Below, piece after piece: positions 1-6,856 of a stretch of DNA of 64,000 bases. This DNA comes from Thiotrichaceae bacterium (GTDB lineage: Bacteria; Pseudomonadota; Gammaproteobacteria; Thiotrichales; Thiotrichaceae). How positions within the stretch are numbered: position 1 is the first letter of the stretch; each line of letters begins with the position of its first letter. Both the position numbers and the translations under genes were made by a program. The DNA is taken from assembly GCA_026989335.1 (NCBI GenBank), contig JALSJN010000017.1, forward strand, positions 22,767 to 86,766, given 5' to 3'. The notes under the pieces were generated by a model that was given only the letters and a program-made list of their open reading frames with translations, was not told the DNA's origin and ran no database searches.

Positions 1-386
1 ATAAAAAGGATAGCTCCTTTACTAAATCTGAAGAAACTACGTTTGACAAACGTGTACAAAAACATCTCAGAACTAATTTAATTGATCTTAATTAGAAAGA
101 CAAAGCTAATGAAATCAAAAATGAATACAGACTAAGAACTAAAATAAAATCAAGCATACTTTCAATTATTAACTGCTTCTTGAAATAGAGTGCAGTCGGG
201 CTTGTGAAAGAAATTATTGTTTTTCAAGTTATTGCTTGAAAAGTATCTGATTTTTAAAAATAGTTAATCTGTGTTGAGCTGCAGCCGCCTTATTTAATAG
301 GTTCTGGCAGCGATTAGATTCTGTATGCTTGAATAGAGTGTACTCAGGTTTGGTAACGTAGCTGAAACAACAGGAAACGTTAACCG

Positions 387-3365
387 ATGAAAAGAATTCT
401 AATAAATGCAACTCAACCAGAAGAAATCCGCGTTGCAATGGTCGATGGCCAAAACCTCTATGACCTCGATATCGAACACCCGTTCAGGGCTCAAAAGAAA
501 GCTAATATTTATAAAGGAAAAATCACCCGTGTTGAGCAAAGCTTAGAAGCAGCTTTTGTCGACTATGGCGCAGAGCGTCATGGCTTTTTACCTTTTAAAG
601 AAATAGCTAAAGAATATTACCAAAAGTCGAATAAGAAAAAATCAGACAAAGGTCGTCCTTCAATCTCCGATGTAATCAAAGAAGGTCAAGAAGTACTTGT
701 TCAAGTCGATAAAGAAGAGCGCGGCAATAAAGGTGCTGCGCTAACCACGCAAATTAGTCTTGCGGGACGTTACCTGGTATTAATGCCGAATAACCCCCGT
801 GCTGGTGGCGTGTCTCGTCGCATTGAAGGCGAAGATCGTCATAAAATCAAAGAGATTCTAGATCAACTTGAGCTGGATACAGGTATGGGCGCTATTGTGC
901 GCACTGCGGGTGTGGGGCGTGAGTTAGAAGAGCTAACTTGGGATATGGATTATCTTAAAACCTTGTGGGCCGCCATTAGCGAAGCAGGTGATAAAAGCAG
1001 GCCAGGCACGCTACTTTACCAAGAAAGCAATGTCATTATTCGTACTTTGCGTGATTACTTTCGCCAGGATATTGGTGAAATTATTATTGATAGTGACCGG
1101 GTTTACCAACAGGCACACGATTTCATCAATGCAGTTATGCCTCATAACCTTAAAAAGCTTAAACATTATACAGATACAGTTCCATTATTTAGCCGTTATC
1201 AAGTTGAGCATCAAATTGAATCTGCTTTTCATCGTGAAGTAACCCTACCATCGGGTGGTTCTATTGTTATTGATCACACCGAGGCGATGACAGCCATCGA
1301 TGTGAACTCTGCGCGTGCTACCAAAGGCCGTAGCATTGAAGAAACCGCACTAAACAATAATCTTGAGGCGGCCGATGAGGTTGCTCGTCAACTCCGTTTA
1401 CGTGATTTGGGTGGATTAGTTGTGATTGACTTTATTGACATGCAGCCCAATAAAAATCAGCGTGCCGTAGAGCGTCGTTTGCGTGATGCCTTGAAGGTGG
1501 ATCGTGCTCGTGTTCAGATCGGTCGAATTTCACGTTTTGGCTTATTAGAAATGTCACGCCAACGTTTACGCCCTTCATTGGGTGAGTCCAGTCAAATTGT
1601 TTGCCCACGTTGTAGTGGTCAAGGTACGATTCGTGGTGTTGAGTCGATGGCACTTTCTATTCTTCGTTTAATGGAAGAAGAGGCAATGAAGGATGGTACC
1701 AATGAAGTTGTCGCACAAACTCCAGTTAAAGTCGCGACCTTTATTTTAAATGAAAAGCGCAAGACGCTTGCGGAAATTCAGGCGCGTCATAATTTACAAA
1801 TGACAGTATTGCCGAATATCGATTTAGATACACCACATTATGAAATCATTCGATATAAAGATGGCGAGCTTGATTCGCCTCAGAATAGTTATAAACGTGT
1901 CACTAAACCCGAGGTGATTGCTGAAAGTACCAAAGAAACCACGGATCAAGTCGTTCAACAAGCGGTTGTGGGCAATGTAACACCTGCAACTCCAGCACCT
2001 TCGCCACAGTCTTTACAAGACACAAAAAAACCAGGCATTATTAGTCGGGTTTTTGGTGCTTTATTTGGCGCTACTAAAGAAGATCCTAAAGAAACGCAGA
2101 AGACGCGAGCTCGTCCACAAAACCGTAGTAAACAGGGCAGTAATAACAGAAATAGAAATAACCAAAACTCAACAAATTCTAGTAATAGAAACAATAATCA
2201 AAGTACCACTCGACGTAATAACAGTAATAATAAAAATACCAGCAAAAATAATAACAACTCGAATAAGAACCAGAACCGTAGTCAAAATCCACGAAATAAA
2301 AACCAGCGGAATCAAAATAACAAAGGACAACAGAATCAGAATAGACAACAAAAAAATCTAAACCAAGAAGAAAAAGGTAACCATAAAACTCAACAGTCTC
2401 AACAGAAAAGACAACAGGCTAATGGTAATAAAAACCCACAGAATCAGTCATCAGGCTCAAACAAGCCTGTAGATAATAATGTTGATGCGCAAAAGAAGAA
2501 TATGCCACAACAAAAGCGTCAGAATCATGAAACTAAGCCGGCTGCGGTAAAACAGGCTGCGCTGGATCAAACCCCATTTGAGGTTAAAATACCTGCTATA
2601 CCAACGCCAAATAGAGCAAAATCAGATAAGATGACACCTAAAAGTGGTGAGAAAAAGTCTGAGGTGGTGTCTTTTACTGTTGAGCCAATTGCTGCACCAA
2701 AGCCAGTATCAGCTGCCGCTGAAAAAACAACTAAGCCAGAAAGTAAAACAAGCGAGACTCCAAAAGCAAAGTCTGCGGTTAGTAAAAAAACTACTGCAAA
2801 TAAAGATACTGCTGCTAAGAAAGAGCCATCAACAAGTAAGGAGCCATCAGCAAGTAAGGAGCCATCAGCAAGTAAGGAGCCATCAACAAGTACAGAGTCC
2901 TCAGCGAGTAAGAAATCTGTCACAAAAACAAAAGCAGGCTCAACGGCAAAAAAACCAGCGGCAAAAAAGAAACCAGCTAAATCGACAACAACGCGTCGTA
3001 AAAAAACCACATCAGAAATTGATACAGTGAAAGCTGAAAAGAAAGTGGAAACACCAAAAAAGAAAGCATTAACGCGTAAGACGACTGCTAAGAAAGTGGT
3101 AACTACAGCAGAGAGTAAACCCGCTAAAAAAACTACTGCTGCAAAGAAAGCTGCCACGAGTACAACACGACGTAAATCTCCGGTTAAAAAAGTGACTAAA
3201 GCTACCGATAAGCCGGTAACTGAGAAAAAGCCAGTGGTTAAAACAGCGAAGAGTACTACTAGCACCGCAACGAAAGTTAAGAAGAGTCCTGATAGCCCCA
3301 CTAAGGATACAACGATTAAGGCTAACTCAGATGCGGTGAATAAGGATGAGAGTGGTACGACGTAG
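387..3365 (+). CDS. rne: Ribonuclease E
   Basis: 992-aa ORF. The N-terminal ~520 aa carry RNase E/G hallmarks: [13 protein letters not shown] start, S1 domain, catalytic core, Zn-link CPRCSGQG. An amphipathic membrane-targeting-like segment [13 protein letters not shown] follows, then a ~430-aa low-complexity scaffold tail typical of RNase E rather than RNase G. Confidence 0.95.
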   Translation: MKRILINATQPEEIRVAMVDGQNLYDLDIEHPFRAQKKANIYKGKITRVEQSLEAAFVDYGAERHGFLPFKEIAKEYYQKSNKKKSDKGRPSISDVIKEGQEVLVQVDKEERGNKGAALTTQISLAGRYLVLMPNNPRAGGVSRRIEGEDRHKIKEILDQLELDTGMGAIVRTAGVGRELEELTWDMDYLKTLWAAISEAGDKSRPGTLLYQESNVIIRTLRDYFRQDIGEIIIDSDRVYQQAHDFINAVMPHNLKKLKHYTDTVPLFSRYQVEHQIESAFHREVTLPSGGSIVIDHTEAMTAIDVNSARATKGRSIEETALNNNLEAADEVARQLRLRDLGGLVVIDFIDMQPNKNQRAVERRLRDALKVDRARVQIGRISRFGLLEMSRQRLRPSLGESSQIVCPRCSGQGTIRGVESMALSILRLMEEEAMKDGTNEVVAQTPVKVATFILNEKRKTLAEIQARHNLQMTVLPNIDLDTPHYEIIRYKDGELDSPQNSYKRVTKPEVIAESTKETTDQVVQQAVVGNVTPATPAPSPQSLQDTKKPGIISRVFGALFGATKEDPKETQKTRARPQNRSKQGSNNRNRNNQNSTNSSNRNNNQSTTRRNNSNNKNTSKNNNNSNKNQNRSQNPRNKNQRNQNNKGQQNQNRQQKNLNQEEKGNHKTQQSQQKRQQANGNKNPQNQSSGSNKPVDNNVDAQKKNMPQQKRQNHETKPAAVKQAALDQTPFEVKIPAIPTPNRAKSDKMTPKSGEKKSEVVSFTVEPIAAPKPVSAAAEKTTKPESKTSETPKAKSAVSKKTTANKDTAAKKEPSTSKEPSASKEPSASKEPSTSTESSASKKSVTKTKAGSTAKKPAAKKKPAKSTTTRRKKTTSEIDTVKAEKKVETPKKKALTRKTTAKKVVTTAESKPAKKTTAAKKAATSTTRRKSPVKKVTKATDKPVTEKKPVVKTAKSTTSTATKVKKSPDSPTKDTTIKANSDAVNKDESGTT
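2823..2894 (+). repeat. In-frame 18-bp tandem repeat x4 inside rne (GAGCCATCA[A/G]CAAGTAAG), encoding (EPS[TA]SK)4
   Basis: Read directly: four head-to-tail 18-nt units differing at one or two positions. The unit is a multiple of 3, so copy-number change keeps frame. Confidence 0.9.
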
Positions 3366-3369
3366 TTTT

Positions 3370-3571
3370 GAGCCTGTAGTTAAATTGTGTAACTAACCAA
3401 GTGATGAAGCCGCCATGAAAGTAGTCTTTCTTGCCGTGCAAGCAGCGTCCAAAAAATGGACGATGCCGATCCAAAACTGGAAACTGGCAATGAATCGCTT
3501 TATGATTGAATTTGAAGAGCAATTAACACTGTATCTTTAATTGGTAGTTACACAGAATTATTTACAGGCTC
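3370..3571 (+). mobile_element. Internally deleted IS256-family remnant (both terminal inverted repeats plus the transposase C-terminal end)
   Basis: GAGCCTGTAGTTAAATTGTGTAACTAACC (3370-3398) is an imperfect inverted repeat of GGTAGTTACACAGAATTATTTACAGGCTC (3543-3571): the first 9 nt are identical and GTGTAACTA is shared with a 1-nt gap. The pair encloses only a transposase C-terminal fragment. It starts 5 nt after the rne stop. Confidence 0.7.
3397..3540 (+). pseudogene. IS256/Mutator-family transposase, C-terminal fragment only
   Basis: The open frame PSDEAAMKVVFLAVQAASKKWTMPIQNWKLAMNRFMIEFEEQLTLYL* matches, from memory, the conserved C-terminal ..SKKWTMPI.[DN]W..A.N.F.I.F.. block of IS256-family transposases. 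The frame is closed upstream by TAA at 3394-3396 and no DDE core is present. Confidence 0.7.
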
Positions 3572-3627
3572 AATGTGTTTGCGGAATTGCGGTAGGTTTT
3601 TAGCTCACACACTCAAGCCCTAGTGCA

Positions 3628-4092
3628 TTAAAATAAAGTTTTAGCCATCACAACGGCATCTTCCCGGCCTTTTATTGCTGGGTAATAGTTTTTACGTAGG
3701 CCAATTTCATTGTAACCTGCTGTTTGGTAAAGCTGAATACCTGCAATGTTTGAGGGTCTTACTTCCAAGAAACATGTTTCTGCTTGATGTTTTTTTGCTA
3801 TCTGTTCCGCTTCTGCTAGCAGTTTTCTACCCCAACCTTTACCTTGCTCTTTAGGGTAAATACAGAGGTTGAGAATATGTGCTTCACCGACAGAGGTTGA
3901 TAAGACTAAATGCCCTGCAAATTGTTCTGATTTCTCAAATACCCAGCAGCTATAGTTAATGTTTTGCAAACAGTCTTCGAAATTTTTTTGCGTCCAAGGA
4001 TGTGGGTAAGAGGCTAACTCGCCTTGCATTATTGTTGGTAGGTCACCTTCTGTCATTTTTCGAAGATGTTTTAGCCGGTGTTTATCTTTCAT
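3628..4092 (-). CDS. rimI: Ribosomal-protein-S18-alanine N-acetyltransferase (GNAT)
   Basis: 154 aa. The GNAT acetyl-CoA motif QGKGWGRKLL and the C-terminal RKNYYPAIKGREDAVVM closely parallel E. coli RimI. It overlaps the upstream gene by 11 nt. Confidence 0.88.
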   Translation of the reverse strand: MKDKHRLKHLRKMTEGDLPTIMQGELASYPHPWTQKNFEDCLQNINYSCWVFEKSEQFAGHLVLSTSVGEAHILNLCIYPKEQGKGWGRKLLAEAEQIAKKHQAETCFLEVRPSNIAGIQLYQTAGYNEIGLRKNYYPAIKGREDAVVMAKTLF

Positions 4093-4909
4093 GGGCTACA
4101 GGGTAAGTTGTTTTGTAATGAGACAATGCTAACTTTAAATCATTCCAAGCTTTTCTCTTATCAGCGGGTTTGCTTAATAAGTAGGATGGGTAATAGGTTA
4201 CGATAACGGGAATATTTGTTTGAGGTAAGGTGTGTGTTTTTGAGCGAAGCCGAACCAGTGGTTCAGTACTCTGTAATAAGTTCTGAGCTGAAACCTGACC
4301 TACAATTAAGATAACTTTCGGCTTAATAGCGACTATTTTTTCATGCAGTAGCTTATTTAAGCTAAGGTTGCTTTGAGCTAAATTGGCAGGTGAAGAAGCA
4401 TCCTTGATAACATTGATCAAATAGGCATCCTCTCGAGGGTTGTGTACCTCAATACTTCTAAGCATATTATTTAACAGAGCACCTGAATCAGTTGTAAAAG
4501 GTTGATTTTGTAACGCTTCGCTAGTTGCTGGTGACTCACCTACGATTAGCCATTCTGCGTTCAAGTTTCCGCAGGCATAGAGTATATGTTGTTCTGTGCG
4601 CCCAATTTCATTGGTGTGTGTTGCTGAAGGTTTAAGGTTATTGGTCGTTGTTCTGAGAGAGGCTTTCCCTGCGGGGTTTTCACTGGTAGGAGTAAATTTA
4701 TTCTCACTGTGAGGAGATACTGCTATATTTTCCTTATTAGTATCATCTAAATCATGCAGAATATCATCGACAGAGCCAAAACAGTCTGAATCTGAGGTTT
4801 GTTTTTCATCGCGCGGCTGCAATGCTGTAACTTGCATAACACGATCACGAGAAACCCAAACGGGTATTCCGATGGCTTTAAGATATTCTAATTGTTTTGG
4901 GTTTGTCAT
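4082..4909 (-). CDS. Uracil-DNA glycosylase superfamily (family-4-like) protein with HolD-like N-terminus; possible DNA polymerase III psi-type subunit
   Basis: 275 aa. The C-terminal ~170 aa show the family-4 UDG layout (WLIVGESPA.., QPF..DSGALLNNML, ..VTYYPSYLL). The N-terminal QLEYLKAIGIPVWVSR resembles the E. coli HolD N-terminus (QLQQLGITQWSLRR, from memory). Its position directly upstream of rimI matches holD-rimI. Confidence 0.6.
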   Translation of the reverse strand: MTNPKQLEYLKAIGIPVWVSRDRVMQVTALQPRDEKQTSDSDCFGSVDDILHDLDDTNKENIAVSPHSENKFTPTSENPAGKASLRTTTNNLKPSATHTNEIGRTEQHILYACGNLNAEWLIVGESPATSEALQNQPFTTDSGALLNNMLRSIEVHNPREDAYLINVIKDASSPANLAQSNLSLNKLLHEKIVAIKPKVILIVGQVSAQNLLQSTEPLVRLRSKTHTLPQTNIPVIVTYYPSYLLSKPADKRKAWNDLKLALSHYKTTYPVAHER

Positions 4910-5051
4910 CGCGACTATTTATATCCATCATGCTACGGCTGCTAATACTTATCAGTTAAGGCTAGTATATCTGTATTTGAATATTATTTTTTATTCTTCG
5001 GGTACTACGATGCGCCAAAGGCTTTTGCCTGTTACTGATTTTATAAATGGC

Positions 5052-5801
5052 TTAAGTTTTTGCATTTTTTCTATCTCGAAGCCAATAAAATGGACCCGAT
5101 AATGCGTAAACAAAAAACACTGCAAATAAAACTTTTGGTGGGTCGACTTGTACCAGTGCAAAAGCTAATACAATACCAAGAATAGCTATTTGCGGTACTT
5201 TACTTTTTAAATCAAAGTCTTTAAAACTGTTATATTTAATAGGGCTGACCATAAGTAAGCCTGCACCGATTATCATGATAAGAGCGGGTATTTGAATAGC
5301 TGTTCTGGATACTTCTAAATCATGTAACATCCAAATCATACCAACGACAATCCCCGCGGAGGCAGGGCTAGGAAGGCCAATAAAATAGCGTTTATCTACC
5401 TCATCAATCTGGGCATTAAAACGGGCTAATCGTAATGCCGCACATGCAACATAAATAAAAGCTGCCATCCAGCCAATTTTTCCCCATGTTGGGCTTACAT
5501 CTCGCATTGAAATTAGTGCCCATTGGTACATAATCAAAGCAGGTGCTAAACCGAATGAAACTAAATCTGAAAGGCTATCATATTGTTCGCCAAATGATGA
5601 CTGAGTATTAGTCCAGCGTGCTACACGACCATCCAAACCATCTAAAATCATTGCAATAAACACAGCAATTGCGGCTTTTTCAAACTGCCCATTAATACCG
5701 GCCAAAATACCGTAAAACCCACTGAATAAGGCTGCTGTAGTAACTAAATTCGGTAATAAGTAAATCCCTTTGGATTTAAGTTTTTCTGTATTTTTATCCA
5801 T
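5052..5801 (-). CDS. pssA: CDP-diacylglycerol--serine O-phosphatidyltransferase (CDP-alcohol phosphatidyltransferase family)
   Basis: 249-aa polytopic membrane ORF with the CDP-alcohol transferase motif DGLDGRVARWTNTQSSFGEQYDSLSD (D-G-x2-A-R-x8-G-x3-D-x3-D). Confidence 0.85.
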   Translation of the reverse strand: MDKNTEKLKSKGIYLLPNLVTTAALFSGFYGILAGINGQFEKAAIAVFIAMILDGLDGRVARWTNTQSSFGEQYDSLSDLVSFGLAPALIMYQWALISMRDVSPTWGKIGWMAAFIYVACAALRLARFNAQIDEVDKRYFIGLPSPASAGIVVGMIWMLHDLEVSRTAIQIPALIMIIGAGLLMVSPIKYNSFKDFDLKSKVPQIAILGIVLAFALVQVDPPKVLFAVFFVYALSGPFYWLRDRKNAKT

Positions 5802-5859
5802 AGTGAGACCTTACCTAGAATTATTAAGGCTGACAATAGAGATGCCTATATTTTTTAAA

Positions 5860-5885
5860 CAAAAAAAACGGGCACAAGGCCCGTT
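5860..5885 (-). terminator. Intrinsic-terminator-like hairpin in the pssA upstream region
   Basis: On the minus strand, AACGGGC-CTTGT-GCCCGTT is followed by T8. It lies ~60 nt upstream of the pssA start codon with no minus-strand gene above it. Confidence 0.4.
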
Positions 5886-6054
5886 GAATTGCTGATCGCT
5901 TAGGCGATTCTTATTGTTGTTAGCGTAGTCTATATTACAGGTAAGGAGCTTACTGCAAGCTGAACCAGCGATATATATTGACGCGTTTCTATCTGGGGTT
6001 AAGGGGTGACTAAAATACTTGCTATAATAAATTTATAGCTCATACTCTTAAGCT

Positions 6055-6780
6055 ATGAAAAATCCCTCTAGCTTTGATAATAATAAGGTTAAATGTGACT
6101 CATGTAGCTTGGTCAATGTCTGCTTACCTTCTGGTTTATCATCTCATGAAATGTCGTTATTAGAAGGGTCTATTGATAAAACGACTAAAATTAATAAAAA
6201 AGAAACACTCTTTAAAGCCAATCAAGTAATTAATGGAATATATGCCGTTAAATCAGGTGCGCTAAAAACTTCCATAAGTAATCGTGATGGGCAAGAACAA
6301 ATACTAGAATTTCATTTGCCTGGTGATATGCTAGGCTTTGATGCGTTTAATCAAGGCATCCACACCTGTAATGCAACCGCACTGGAAGATACCTTGTTAT
6401 GCAAGATTCCTATGGATACCTTTGATAACCTTTGCGGACAACTGCCTGGGTTACGCCGAGAGCTAAGGCACCAAGTCGGTAAAGAAATTGCTCATAACCA
6501 AAGCTTACTTTTATCATTGGGTCAGCAGCAGACAGATGAGCGTCTAGCGACATTTTTATTGAAAATGTCAGATCATTATAAGTTGAGAGGCTTCTCAAGT
6601 AATGAGTTTGTAATCCCAATGCCCCGTCAAGATTTATCCAACTACCTTGGGATGGCTGTTGAAACGCTCAGTCGAATAATCTCTCGTATGACAGAAGCTG
6701 GGTTGATTAAAATTGATCGTCGTGTGGTAACTATTATGGACCTCGAAAAATTACAATCCCTGGCTCATTCTTCTTGCTGA
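6055..6780 (+). CDS. fnr: FNR/Anr-type oxygen-sensing Crp-family transcriptional regulator
   Basis: 241 aa. It has an N-terminal Cys cluster CDSCSLVNVC plus a central Cys (LLCKIP), a cNMP-binding-like fold, and a C-terminal HTH with the FNR recognition motif E..SR (VETLSRIISR). Confidence 0.85.
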   Translation: MKNPSSFDNNKVKCDSCSLVNVCLPSGLSSHEMSLLEGSIDKTTKINKKETLFKANQVINGIYAVKSGALKTSISNRDGQEQILEFHLPGDMLGFDAFNQGIHTCNATALEDTLLCKIPMDTFDNLCGQLPGLRRELRHQVGKEIAHNQSLLLSLGQQQTDERLATFLLKMSDHYKLRGFSSNEFVIPMPRQDLSNYLGMAVETLSRIISRMTEAGLIKIDRRVVTIMDLEKLQSLAHSSC

Positions 6781-6856
6781 TACAATAAAATAGCTTTGAT
6801 GTGCTATAAGCTATGCTTGTGGTGGCTTAAATTCACACAGCCCAAAGCTTGCTTTA

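Noticed and set aside
1-95. Possible 3' end of a plus-strand CDS entering the window. Frame 1 ends with TAA at 79-81, and frame 3 ends with TAG at ~93-95.
   Set aside because: Two frames are open and neither ~30-aa peptide is recognisable, so it cannot be supported from this window alone.
229-438. 69-aa minus-strand ORF overlapping the rne start codon.
   Set aside because: It has no RBS and no recognisable motif, and it overlaps the rne leader and start. It is most likely a chance ORF in AT-rich leader DNA.
1955-3301. Several long ORFs in other frames or on the opposite strand within the rne tail (1955-2194 -, 2053-2361 +, 2169-2351 -, 2567-3301 -, 2644-3030 +).
   Set aside because: They lie entirely inside the low-complexity AAN/CAR/AAR-rich coding region of RNase E. 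Their translations are themselves low-complexity (poly-L/V/F/I), and none has an RBS or independent signal. They are compositional artefacts.
3322-3522. 66-aa minus-strand ORF between rne and rimI.
   Set aside because: It is antisense to the IS256 transposase fragment. The plus-strand frame has the recognisable ..SKKWTMPI.NW.. motif, and the minus frame has none.
4872-5102. 76-aa plus-strand ORF spanning the spacer between the UDG-like gene and pssA. Similar ORFs are 32888-33274 (-) and 38785-39042 (-).
   Set aside because: Each overlaps the ends or starts of well-supported genes on the other strand and has no RBS or motif.
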